A stretch of DNA of 64,000 nucleotides from an uncultured Gammaproteobacteria bacterium (GTDB lineage Bacteria > Patescibacteriota > Microgenomatia > Levybacterales > GWA1-39-11). This document shows positions 29,423 through 39,163 of the stretch, piece after piece. The number at the start of each line of letters is the position of its first letter. Positions within the stretch are counted from its first letter, which is position 1. The translations under genes were made by a program, and so were the position numbers. The DNA lies in the NCBI GenBank assembly GCA_964504535.1, contig CAZDED010000002.1, positions 82,673-146,672 of the forward strand, read 5' to 3'. The notes under the pieces are model-generated. The model was given only the letters and a program-made list of their open reading frames with translations. It was not told where the DNA came from and did not search any database.

Positions 29423-30663
29423 AGAACCTACGGCTTTCAATTTCAAGCGTTGTTCTGGCATGTTTATTGGTACCGGTCATCATGACATACCAGATATTCC
29501 CCGGAGATACTAATTATTTTCAGTTTGGGTTTATTTTCCTCGGATTATTCATAAATTTTTTGCTTGATATAGTAAAGATATCCGAAAAGAAATACTACCT
29601 GTCCAAATATATAGTATTTTGGACTTTGCTTGGGTTGTCTGTAGGTGGTGCTTTCATTTCAGCAATTATAGTACGGCACACTGTTGCTCCGGTATTTCAA
29701 ATTCACGATATTATCTTGCAGCTTGAAGCGGCAATTCAGTTCTTCCGTCATGGAATAAACCCCTGGGCAGCAACGTATGTAAATACTTACATGGCATCAT
29801 GGCATTATTCTGACACAATGGTAAATCCTGCACTCTATCATTTTGTTATGATGCCACTTTATTTATTGTTTTCCTTACCATTTTATTTTATAGCAAACCA
29901 CACAATAGGGTATTTTGATGGAAGAATTCCGTTATATTTTCTTTATTTTTCACTCCTTATCGCTGCATTTAAATTTATAAAAGATAAGGAAAAAAAACTG
30001 CTTTTCGTAACTCTTCTTGCATTTAATCCAGCAATGTTTTCATACACCCTAGAAGGAAGATCTGACGTGTTCATGTTTGCATTTTTCTTTGGTAGTTTAG
30101 TTTTACTTTCTAAAAAAAGATATTCCTATGCTGGATTATTGATGGGGGCTGCCTTTGCTGTAAAGCAGTCCATTTGGCCAATACTACCTCTGTATATTGG
30201 ATATATTTACTTTCTTTCAAAAGGAGTGTCAAAAACGGTAAAAAGACTTCTTTCTTTTGTCATTACGTTTCTTGTTCTCGTTGTTCCTTTCGTTCTCTGG
30301 AACCCCTTAGCTTTCTTGAATAGCACGGTATTATATCTTTCAGGCAATACTGTTCATAGTTACCCCATTTCAGGCTATGGACTGGGAGTTTTGTTGCATC
30401 AGGTAGGAGTAATTAAAGATCTCAACGCTTCATACCCATTTATTATTTGGCAAGTAATAATAATCATTCCTTTGCTTTGTTATTTATTATACTTACTTAA
30501 AAAAAATACGAATGTGCGAATGCTTCTTTTGGCATACGCTTTATTAGCCCTCGTGTATTGGTATTTATCAAGATATTTCAATAATAGCCATATGGGCTAC
30601 CTGACTATGGTTTTTTTGACAGCATATTTTTGGCCAGACAGTTCTGACAAAGATGAAAAATAA
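29419..30663 (+). CDS. GT-C, GT87/PimE-like membrane glycosyltransferase
   Basis: HD...Q...G.NP, FNP...GRSD, AVKQ, PF..WNP. Confidence 0.65.
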   Translation: MKNLRLSISSVVLACLLVPVIMTYQIFPGDTNYFQFGFIFLGLFINFLLDIVKISEKKYYLSKYIVFWTLLGLSVGGAFISAIIVRHTVAPVFQIHDIILQLEAAIQFFRHGINPWAATYVNTYMASWHYSDTMVNPALYHFVMMPLYLLFSLPFYFIANHTIGYFDGRIPLYFLYFSLLIAAFKFIKDKEKKLLFVTLLAFNPAMFSYTLEGRSDVFMFAFFFGSLVLLSKKRYSYAGLLMGAAFAVKQSIWPILPLYIGYIYFLSKGVSKTVKRLLSFVITFLVLVVPFVLWNPLAFLNSTVLYLSGNTVHSYPISGYGLGVLLHQVGVIKDLNASYPFIIWQVIIIIPLLCYLLYLLKKNTNVRMLLLAYALLALVYWYLSRYFNNSHMGYLTMVFLTAYFWPDSSDKDEK

Positions 30664-32374
30664 ATCCTTGTTTTTCCTCAATGAAGGTTTTCTCTTGATA
30701 GCTTTATTTATTCTGGGGTTGGTACTAAGAATTTATAGTCTCTCATCGTTTCCGAATGGATTTTCCCGGGATGAAGCATTTCTTGGGTACAATGCATATT
30801 CATTATTAATGACCGGAAAAGACATTAATTCACACTTTCTGCCACTTTTCCTCGAGTCATTTCTCTATACACCTGCTGGGTATTCATATGTTTCCGCATT
30901 GTTTATAAAAATTTTCGGACTGAGTATCTTTTCTGTCAGATTTGCCTCTGCTTTTTTTGGCGCGCTCACAATTCCTTTATTGTTTCTCCTAACAAAGTCT
31001 TTGTTTGCCCTTGATAAGGGAAGAAAGTATACAGAGAGAGTTGTTGGATTAATCGGATTGATCTCTGCACTTCTTCTCGCAACGTCTCCCTGGCACATAA
31101 ATCTTTCCCGCACCGCAAGTGTTTCAACCGTTGTTACTTTTTTTATAGTGTTGGGCTGTTATTTCTTTATACGGTCGATTTCGAGAAATAGCGCAAAGTA
31201 TATAGTTTTATCTTTTATCTGTTATTTAATCTCGCTATTTTTTTATATTGCGCCGTATTCATTTCTACCTCCTTTTATACTTCTTTCTTATTTTTTATTC
31301 AAAAATACAATCTCAAAAAACAATAAAAAAATCTTTGCAATATTATTTGTGTTGTTCATTATCCCAGTTCTTTATGTATTTTCATCACCGACTCTTTCAT
31401 TAAGGGTAAGATCACTCAGTCTAACGGAAAGTCCTTTAATAAAACTTGTTCTGCTTGAGGATACTGGACGGGATGGAGTTGGAAATATTACACCACTGAT
31501 TGCACGATCTTTTCATAACAAGGTAACAGTTATTTCTGATCTATTCTTTCAAAATTATTTTAGTCATTTCTCCTATAATTTTTTGTTTCGTGATACAGGC
31601 TTTCCTGAGCGATTCAGGATACCCGGATCAGGATTGTTCTTACCCATAAATATTGTACTTATCGCATTGGGGCTTTACTATTTGCTCCGTTCCGAAGGCA
31701 AGCTTAAATGGTTTCTGTTGGGATGGGTGCTTTTGGGGCCTGTGGGAAGCGGATTTGCCAGCGACGATGTCCCAAACCTGCAAAGGACTTTATTTTTGTT
31801 ACCCCCATTGTTAATCGTGTCTTCGATAGGAATAGTTAACCTTTTTATAAACATTCGAAAATCGAAGATTTTCATATATGTTATTGGTTTGATGTTCCTT
31901 GGTATGTTTTGCTACCAATTCATTTATTATATTCATCAATATTATTTTCATGAGAATGCTTACCGCCCATGGTATAGGCAGGATGGATATCAGCAGCTAA
32001 TTGAAAAACTTAATGGACTTACAGGTGGATATAAGGAAATAGTCGTTACAAATAGAGAATCGGCACCAACGATTTTTCTTCTTTTCTTTAACAAATTCGA
32101 TCCGTCTTTGATTCAAAATACCATTGCAAAAAGTACACTTCGGGATACTGATAGAATTAGTTTTTCAAATTACCATATTACACAAGAAGAGTGTCCATTA
32201 AGAGTTGAAATAGATCCTGTAACTGGGAAAAGAACATTAACAGGTGAAAAAGGAACACTGTATGTTAATAGTGGTTTTTGTAAAAATGAAAATCTTCCTC
32301 CATCAGTAAAAATTATAGAAACAATTTTAAGGGGCGATGGTTCGAAGGTATTTTTCATAATGAGGGTTGAGTAG
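30653..32374 (+). CDS. GT-C, ArnT/PMT_2-like (DExxxGYNAY subfamily)
   Basis: RDEAFLGYNAYSLLMTGKD, SVRFASA, SPWHINLSR. Confidence 0.82.
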   Translation: MKNKSLFFLNEGFLLIALFILGLVLRIYSLSSFPNGFSRDEAFLGYNAYSLLMTGKDINSHFLPLFLESFLYTPAGYSYVSALFIKIFGLSIFSVRFASAFFGALTIPLLFLLTKSLFALDKGRKYTERVVGLIGLISALLLATSPWHINLSRTASVSTVVTFFIVLGCYFFIRSISRNSAKYIVLSFICYLISLFFYIAPYSFLPPFILLSYFLFKNTISKNNKKIFAILFVLFIIPVLYVFSSPTLSLRVRSLSLTESPLIKLVLLEDTGRDGVGNITPLIARSFHNKVTVISDLFFQNYFSHFSYNFLFRDTGFPERFRIPGSGLFLPINIVLIALGLYYLLRSEGKLKWFLLGWVLLGPVGSGFASDDVPNLQRTLFLLPPLLIVSSIGIVNLFINIRKSKIFIYVIGLMFLGMFCYQFIYYIHQYYFHENAYRPWYRQDGYQQLIEKLNGLTGGYKEIVVTNRESAPTIFLLFFNKFDPSLIQNTIAKSTLRDTDRISFSNYHITQEECPLRVEIDPVTGKRTLTGEKGTLYVNSGFCKNENLPPSVKIIETILRGDGSKVFFIMRVE

Positions 32375-32381
32375 AATTTAT

Positions 32382-34322
32382 ATGTACAATTTATTCTCGC
32401 CTAGTTTCTTGTTCTTTTTTCTATACTCCTTTATTGCAATTTTCTTTTCTGTATATATACCGGGTAGTGTGGCGCTACGATTTTCAAAACTTAATCTGTC
32501 TCTTTTCTCATATATTGTTCTATCAGTAATCGTTGGAACTTCTCTGTGGGTTTTACAAGGATTTTTATTTGGTTTTATGAATGTTAGATTTATAACGTAT
32601 GTTTATGTGGGTGTCCTCTTTTTATTTTGGATACGTAATTTTCAATTTCGTTCTTTTAAATTGCCATTTAAAAGAACGGTAATTTTTGCGGTTCTTTTAA
32701 TAACATTTGGGGTCATAACACAAAATATACCAGCATTTTTTATGGGATCGGTAACAGATAAAGGTGTTTCATTCTGTTGTGTGGATGCAAGTGACAGTCT
32801 TTATTTTGCCTCACTCAGTCAAGAAGTAAAACGCACTATCCCTCCGCAGGAACCTGGCCTGGCCGACGTAACAGTAAAAAATTATCACTATTTATCAAAT
32901 ATTTTTGTTGCCGAGTTATCTCGAGTATTTTTCATCCCCTTACACATCTTACAATTTCAAGTTTCAGTATTATTTTTATCAGTTATGTTGGGGCTTGCCG
33001 CTCTATCATTTGGATTGGCGGTCGTAAAAAATTGGAAATATTCGCTATGGTTAGTATTTTTCTTGTATTTTGGAGGAGATTTTATTTGGCTTGTTTTGCT
33101 AATTCTCAATAAAAGTGTAAATCCATTTGTCATGAGTTCGCTGGAGGATGGAGCTAAATTTTTGAGCAATCCTCCTCGCGCTTTTGCTATTGTGCAGTTT
33201 TTTGGCGCACTTGTTCTTTTGTATTCATGGTTACAGTCAAAAAAAACACTTCTCTTAACTATAATTCTTGGAATTGTATGTGGTACCCTAATAGGGTTCA
33301 AAGTATATCTGGGGATCTTTGTTTTGTCAGGTCTTGCTGTGCTTTGCCTATATCAAATTTTAAGAAAAGAATTTGATGGATTACGGCTTTTAATTATTGC
33401 CGGTATAGTTTGTCTCATACTGTACCTACCCGTAAATGGTAACGCCGGTGGGATATATTTTACAGGCTTTTGGTCTTTTGAAAATTTCATATCTCAGCCA
33501 TATCTAAAGCTTAGTAACCTAGAATTGGCTAGAAGGATATTTATTGCTGATAACAAGATTCTGAAATCATATTTTTTCGAATCAATATTTATACTTGTCA
33601 CAATCTTTTCTTTTTTTGGTTCTAAAATCATTGGGGTAGTACAATCAAAGAAATCTATATCTCTTATTCCGTTTCAACTGCATATATTTCTATTGTCTGG
33701 GATTGTTGTAAGTTTTATTTTAGGATTTTTTTTCCAACAGACTTCGGGTGGATCAAATACATTTAATTTCATAGTTAATGTGTTTATAGTTGGAAGCGTT
33801 TATACTGCACTCTCTGCGTTTTTTCTTACATCATTAAAAAAACCAGTTGCTATCATGCTCGCAGCAATTATCATTGGGTTGACCGTACCAAGAGTAGTGT
33901 ATGAAACATATCGCAGTATTCATCGTCTTATAAACGGTCAGTATCAATCGGTAACTCCTTTTCAGCTGAGGGCTTTTGATTTTTTGAGGCATCAGACGAG
34001 GGGTAGAACTTTGGTTGACCGGACTGTTTTTGGGCTTGATGCGAGTAGTCCGTACGTTGCTTTTTTTGTAGATCAACCGATGTACTTGTCAGGTGTTCAG
34101 ATACTGGAAAGCCATGGTCTGAACGTATTTACAAAATCATCAAAAGTTGCAGTTATGATGGATCCACTAAAAGTTGAGCAAGCAAGAAACCTGTTTTTGA
34201 CAGAGAAAATTAAATATTTTGTGATTGGTAATTCAAGCCCTATTGCAACGGTTTCTGCGCAATTTTCAAAAGTCATATATTCAAATACTGAAGTCTCTAT
34301 CCTCCTGATTGCACACTATTGA
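32382..34322 (+). CDS. large polytopic membrane protein, probable GT-C (DUF2298-like loop)
   Basis: Loop 'DSLYFASL...IPPQEPGL...KNYHY', GFKVY, soluble C-terminal tail; ATG 32382 preferred over TTG 32367. Confidence 0.55.
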   Translation: MYNLFSPSFLFFFLYSFIAIFFSVYIPGSVALRFSKLNLSLFSYIVLSVIVGTSLWVLQGFLFGFMNVRFITYVYVGVLFLFWIRNFQFRSFKLPFKRTVIFAVLLITFGVITQNIPAFFMGSVTDKGVSFCCVDASDSLYFASLSQEVKRTIPPQEPGLADVTVKNYHYLSNIFVAELSRVFFIPLHILQFQVSVLFLSVMLGLAALSFGLAVVKNWKYSLWLVFFLYFGGDFIWLVLLILNKSVNPFVMSSLEDGAKFLSNPPRAFAIVQFFGALVLLYSWLQSKKTLLLTIILGIVCGTLIGFKVYLGIFVLSGLAVLCLYQILRKEFDGLRLLIIAGIVCLILYLPVNGNAGGIYFTGFWSFENFISQPYLKLSNLELARRIFIADNKILKSYFFESIFILVTIFSFFGSKIIGVVQSKKSISLIPFQLHIFLLSGIVVSFILGFFFQQTSGGSNTFNFIVNVFIVGSVYTALSAFFLTSLKKPVAIMLAAIIIGLTVPRVVYETYRSIHRLINGQYQSVTPFQLRAFDFLRHQTRGRTLVDRTVFGLDASSPYVAFFVDQPMYLSGVQILESHGLNVFTKSSKVAVMMDPLKVEQARNLFLTEKIKYFVIGNSSPIATVSAQFSKVIYSNTEVSILLIAHY

Positions 34323-34354
34323 AATGTTACCTATACTATCAAGAGAGCTCGTAT

Positions 34355-36031
34355 ATGGTCAGAACTTATTTCATCAGGTATTGGGTAGTTTTTGCGGTTT
34401 TCATCGTCGCACTTTTCTTAAGAACCTATAATTTGTCTGAAATACCAGTTGGCCTTCATGGAGACGAGGCTAGTATCGGTTACACAGCATATTCTCTTCT
34501 CAATACACTTCACGATCAGAATGGTAAGTTCTTGCCAATCGCAATAGATCAATTTGGAGATTTTAGGCCAGCTGGGTATCATTATTTGGATATTCCATTT
34601 GTGGCTCTTCTTGGCCTCACTGAGTTTGCGGTAAGGCTTCCGGCAGCACTTTTTGGAAGCCTGGCTGTAGTTGCTATCTATCTACTGGTTTTTGAGCTTT
34701 TTGAGAATAGAAAAATAGCCGGGTTGAGCTCAATACTTTTGGCTGTGCTCCCGTGGGACGTAAATATTTCCCGTGCAAGTTCTGAGAGTGTAATAGCCAC
34801 TTTCTTCGTGATTTTAGGTGTATATTTTTACTTAAAATTCGTTAAAAGAAAGGCTTTTTCTTCTCTGTATCTAGGATTAAGCAGTGTTTTATTTATTGTT
34901 AGTTTTTTCTTTTATCATGCACATAGGTTTTTTGTTCCAGCACTGTTTCCATTTCTTTTTTTGATTTCTTTTTTTGCTTTTCGTCCCTCAAGAAGAAAAA
35001 TTATTGGTGGTATAGTTCTGTTTGGCGTTGTTCTTCTTGGATTGTCTTTCTTTGTTCTATTTGGACAAGGAACAGGGCGTGCATCTGAGGTGAGTCTTCT
35101 TAGTATTCCTGGTGGTACAACGAATCTAAAACAGGCTATGGATGAAGAGGGAACACTCAACCCTCTTATAAATAGGTTTTACAATAATAAATTAATTTAT
35201 TACGGAAGATTTTTCGTAAATTTTTATTCACAGCATCTGTCAGGGGACTTTCTTTTTGTTAATAACGGGAATCCAATACGCTACAGAATCCCATTTACCG
35301 GAAATCTCTATTTTGTTATGCTTCCATTCTTGATCCTTGGATTTGCCTTTTTGCTTTCACAAGGATTGAAAGAGAAGAAATATCATTATTTGTTGCCTAT
35401 TGTCTGGTTACTTATTGCACCGGTTCCTGCAGGGCTTACATGGGAAGATTTACCTAACGTTATACGTGCAAGCATTTTGATCCCCGCCTTATTAATAGTT
35501 ACCGCTTTCGGTTTCCATGAGGCAGTGTCATTATTTAAGAATAAAAAAATAAAAACACTCATTATTGTTGTCTCAGGATTGCTTCTTGCGCATAATTTCC
35601 TATATTTTTGCCATAACTATTACTGGAGATCAAAGATTCATGAGCCATGGCACAGGAGTGGAGCCGAAAAAGAATTATTGTTCCAGGTTGGACAAATAGC
35701 AAAACCAACCGACTCAATAGTTATGACTACAGAGAGAAACAATAACCTTATCTTTTACCTTTTTTATAATAAATTTGATCCAAAGAAATTCCAGGAAATA
35801 GGATCACCGAAAGAACACGATGGGTTGAAGTTTGAAAATATTACATATACTGGAAATTCATGTCCTTTAAGGGGTGAGAGTGAAGAGATTGTCACAGTGA
35901 TACCAGATACTATTTTTGTAGACAAAGAGGATTGCCCACTACCGAAAAATTCAGAAATCCTTAACACAATAAAATTTTCTGATGGGGTTCCTGCCTTCAA
36001 AATTGTAAAAACAGTCGATGTTAAAAAGTGA
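34355..36031 (+). CDS. GT-C, ArnT/PMT_2-like (DExxxGYNAY subfamily)
   Basis: GDEASIGYTAYSLL, FGDFRP, AVRLPAA; ATG 34355 preferred over TTG 34319. Confidence 0.82.
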   Translation: MVRTYFIRYWVVFAVFIVALFLRTYNLSEIPVGLHGDEASIGYTAYSLLNTLHDQNGKFLPIAIDQFGDFRPAGYHYLDIPFVALLGLTEFAVRLPAALFGSLAVVAIYLLVFELFENRKIAGLSSILLAVLPWDVNISRASSESVIATFFVILGVYFYLKFVKRKAFSSLYLGLSSVLFIVSFFFYHAHRFFVPALFPFLFLISFFAFRPSRRKIIGGIVLFGVVLLGLSFFVLFGQGTGRASEVSLLSIPGGTTNLKQAMDEEGTLNPLINRFYNNKLIYYGRFFVNFYSQHLSGDFLFVNNGNPIRYRIPFTGNLYFVMLPFLILGFAFLLSQGLKEKKYHYLLPIVWLLIAPVPAGLTWEDLPNVIRASILIPALLIVTAFGFHEAVSLFKNKKIKTLIIVVSGLLLAHNFLYFCHNYYWRSKIHEPWHRSGAEKELLFQVGQIAKPTDSIVMTTERNNNLIFYLFYNKFDPKKFQEIGSPKEHDGLKFENITYTGNSCPLRGESEEIVTVIPDTIFVDKEDCPLPKNSEILNTIKFSDGVPAFKIVKTVDVKK

Positions 36032-37508
36032 TAAAAAAAAATCATTCGATTGGGTCTTGATAGGAATTATAGTTCTCTCGGCAGTCTTAAGATTTTATAA
36101 CTATGGTAGTAGATGGGGTCTTGCTTATGATCAGGCGTGGTTTGCAGTCATTGCTCGCCATGCACTTGCAACCCTACAACTTCCGTTCTTAGGTCCTTTT
36201 GCTTCCGGAGGTCCATTTCAGACTGGTGGGGAATGGTTCTGGATAGTAATGATTGGGACAATGCTTAACCCACTGAGCGTGATTTCTCCGTGGGTTTTTA
36301 TAACCTTGCTTTCGATTTTTCAGGTGTATCTCCTTTATGTACTTGGTAGTCATTATGGTGGAAAAAGTTTGTCTTATATTCTTGCTTTTTTAGGTGCCGT
36401 ATCCATATCCCAAGTTCTTCAGGCAACAAATCTTACCAATCAAATGCCGTCATCATTGTGTGCATCATTGCTCCTTTTGGCTATTGTTTTATACCTAAAG
36501 AAAGAAAAAAACAGATATCTTTTCTTTTCCGGATTTGCTGTCGGGTTATCATCCTCGATTCATCTTCAAGGTGTTCTTCTTCTCATACCTTTATGTGGAT
36601 TTTTAGCACTTACGAAAACAATTAGCCCAAAGAAATTATTGCTGGTTGGGATAGGAGTATCTTTGCCTTGGGTTCCAGTACTACTAATTGATATGCAGAA
36701 TAATTTTTACAATACCAAAAATATGCTTATGTACTTTACTAATTCCCAAAGTAAAGTTTCGTATGATGAACTCGGGAGAAGGTGGCTGACTTTTATAACG
36801 GATTATGTTCCTTCGTCATGGGGAAGAATAGTGGGAGGGAACATATTTTTTGGATATTTAGAAATATTTTTAGTAGGTCTAACGTTTCTTTTGGGAATTC
36901 TTAAAAAAGTAATAGATAAGAAATGGATGATAGCTGTGGTATCGACGATACTTATGACCATAGCCCTTCGATATATAAGGACACCACTTTATGAGAACTA
37001 TACTACTTTTATTCATCCATTTGTTCTCCTTTTGATTGCCTGGTCCATCTGGAATTTATACAAACGTCAGAGATTTATCGCCGTCATAATACTTGTGGCA
37101 ATAGTATCTTTTAGCGTATTTGCATTATGGAAAGATATTGGCAATAGTACTAATTTCACAAACATAACGACTAAAAGGTATGTTTTATTTTTGAAAAATA
37201 AATTCCCCAAGGAGAAATTTGCTATTTACGATTATGAATATAATAACAAGCAAAATACATTGCCTCTTGTTCTTTATCTTCAAACAGAAGGCCTATTGGA
37301 TGACAAGGGGCATAGAATTGGCATGGTAATCGTTGCTAATTCAAAAATTAGAATAGATCCGCATAAAACAATACATGGTGGTAATGGAGGATATCAGCTC
37401 GTTGACCTTACTGCATCTGAAAGCGCTGAGCTCCAGAAAGGGAGATGGGCATTTGTAAATCCTTCTGTCATTTACAATTCTGTACAATATTGGTACAAGG
37501 ATAAATGA
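36018..37508 (+). CDS. GT-C, ArnT/PMT-like ('DQ' variant)
   Basis: LRFYNY...AYDQA, PFLGP, IHLQ; polytopic with soluble tail. Confidence 0.65.
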   Translation: MLKSDKKKSFDWVLIGIIVLSAVLRFYNYGSRWGLAYDQAWFAVIARHALATLQLPFLGPFASGGPFQTGGEWFWIVMIGTMLNPLSVISPWVFITLLSIFQVYLLYVLGSHYGGKSLSYILAFLGAVSISQVLQATNLTNQMPSSLCASLLLLAIVLYLKKEKNRYLFFSGFAVGLSSSIHLQGVLLLIPLCGFLALTKTISPKKLLLVGIGVSLPWVPVLLIDMQNNFYNTKNMLMYFTNSQSKVSYDELGRRWLTFITDYVPSSWGRIVGGNIFFGYLEIFLVGLTFLLGILKKVIDKKWMIAVVSTILMTIALRYIRTPLYENYTTFIHPFVLLLIAWSIWNLYKRQRFIAVIILVAIVSFSVFALWKDIGNSTNFTNITTKRYVLFLKNKFPKEKFAIYDYEYNNKQNTLPLVLYLQTEGLLDDKGHRIGMVIVANSKIRIDPHKTIHGGNGGYQLVDLTASESAELQKGRWAFVNPSVIYNSVQYWYKDK

Positions 37509-39163
37509 GGGATAATAGTATAAAATTATTAAAGAGTTATATGCAGAAAAAGATATTGTTATTATTTGGGATTGTTTTTGTTGCGTTCATTGTAAGGTTT
37601 GTTTTTCTTGGGAGCATTGCACCATCTTTAACGTGGGATGAAACCGCATGGGGATACAACGCTTATTCGCTAGGAATTGATGGAAAGGACGAATTCGGTA
37701 AATTTTTGCCGATGACATATCTTGAATCCTTTGGAGATTTTAAACCACCGGTGTATGCGTACCTTGACATTCTCCCTATTAAATTATTTGGCCTGACTGA
37801 GTTTGCAACCCGCTTTCCATCGGCATTTTTTGGAACGCTCACCGTTTTTCTGACATTTTTTCTTGTTAAAGAAATATTTGGTAAAGAAAAAGAAGATTTA
37901 GCGCTTATAGCCTCTTTGTTGTTGGCAATTTCTCCCTGGCATATAATGTTGTCCCGCGCTGCATTTGAGGCAAATGTTGCGAGTTTCTTTATTGTACTTG
38001 GTGTTTTTCTGTTTTTAAAAGCCGTGCGGGAAAGAATAGTCCTTCTTCCTTTTTCTATTCTTTCATTTGTTCTTGCTATGAATACATTTAATAGTGCAAG
38101 AATTGTAGTTCCGCTTCTCGGTATTTTGGTGATTATTGTATTTCATAAAAAACTCCTAAAACATATAAAAGTATCAGTAATTTCCCTCATTCTTGGTGTC
38201 GTGCTTTTAGTGCCCCTTATCAGTTTTATGGTTTCTCCACAAGCAAAATTAAGATTTAATGAGGTGAACATATTTACCGATATTGGCGTAATAGATAGAA
38301 CAAACCAGGAAATAAAAAATGATAATAATTCAATTTTCTCCAAAGTGCTGCATAATCGTAGATTTGCTTATGGAGTAGAGTATATCCATCACTATCTTGA
38401 TAATTTGGCTCCTCAATTTCTTTTCATTAAGGGTGATGGAAATCCTAAGTTTTCTCTTCAGGATGTTGGGCAACTATACATATGGGAAATCCCATTTTTT
38501 GTAGGTGGAATAATTTTATTATTTAGGAAAAGAGAAAAGCATTGGTGGTTAGTACCATTATGGTTATTGATTGGTATTGTTCCTGCGGGGTTTGCGAGAG
38601 AAACACCACACGCACTTCGTATTGAGTCTGCACTTCCTACATTTCAGATATTTACAGCAATTGGATTTTATTATTTTACAAAGTACCTTATAAAATTAAA
38701 GAACAAAAGAATGGGGATTGGGTCTCTATATGTTCTTGGACTTATCATTTTGTTTGGCTTTGTTTATTTTGTCCAAAATTATTTTTTCCATTATTCACAT
38801 GAATTTTCAGGAGAATGGCAGTATGGATATAAGGAGTCTATAGCATACGTATCTTCAGTGCAGAATAAATACAAGGATGTATATATAACAGAAAGCCTGG
38901 GAAGACCGTATGTGTACTACCTTTTTTATCAGAAATATGATCCAGTTACATTTCGTCAAGAAGCAGACATTTATAGAGAAGTTTTTGGTTTTGTACACGT
39001 TAAAAGTTATTCAAATCTTCACTATACCGACCAAATCGGTAAAATAAATAAAACTAATGCTCTTTATCTATCGACTCCGGGAGAAAAACCTGAAAATGCA
39101 AATACAATAAAAGAGTTCAAGTTATTGAATGGGCACACCGCTCTTGTTGCATACACCTTATGA
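37505..39163 (+). CDS. GT-C, ArnT/PMT_2-like (DExxxGYNAY subfamily)
   Basis: WDETAWGYNAYSL, FGDFKPPVY, SPWHIMLSRAAFE, PHALR; alternative start 37541. Confidence 0.84.
   Translation: MRDNSIKLLKSYMQKKILLLFGIVFVAFIVRFVFLGSIAPSLTWDETAWGYNAYSLGIDGKDEFGKFLPMTYLESFGDFKPPVYAYLDILPIKLFGLTEFATRFPSAFFGTLTVFLTFFLVKEIFGKEKEDLALIASLLLAISPWHIMLSRAAFEANVASFFIVLGVFLFLKAVRERIVLLPFSILSFVLAMNTFNSARIVVPLLGILVIIVFHKKLLKHIKVSVISLILGVVLLVPLISFMVSPQAKLRFNEVNIFTDIGVIDRTNQEIKNDNNSIFSKVLHNRRFAYGVEYIHHYLDNLAPQFLFIKGDGNPKFSLQDVGQLYIWEIPFFVGGIILLFRKREKHWWLVPLWLLIGIVPAGFARETPHALRIESALPTFQIFTAIGFYYFTKYLIKLKNKRMGIGSLYVLGLIILFGFVYFVQNYFFHYSHEFSGEWQYGYKESIAYVSSVQNKYKDVYITESLGRPYVYYLFYQKYDPVTFRQEADIYREVFGFVHVKSYSNLHYTDQIGKINKTNALYLSTPGEKPENANTIKEFKLLNGHTALVAYTL

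Noticed and set aside
36033-36041. A9 run near a gene start, and several A8/T8 runs, as phase-variation tracts
   Set aside because: Expected in AT-rich, Lys/Phe-rich genes; all frames are intact; no long G/C tracts or unit repeats seen
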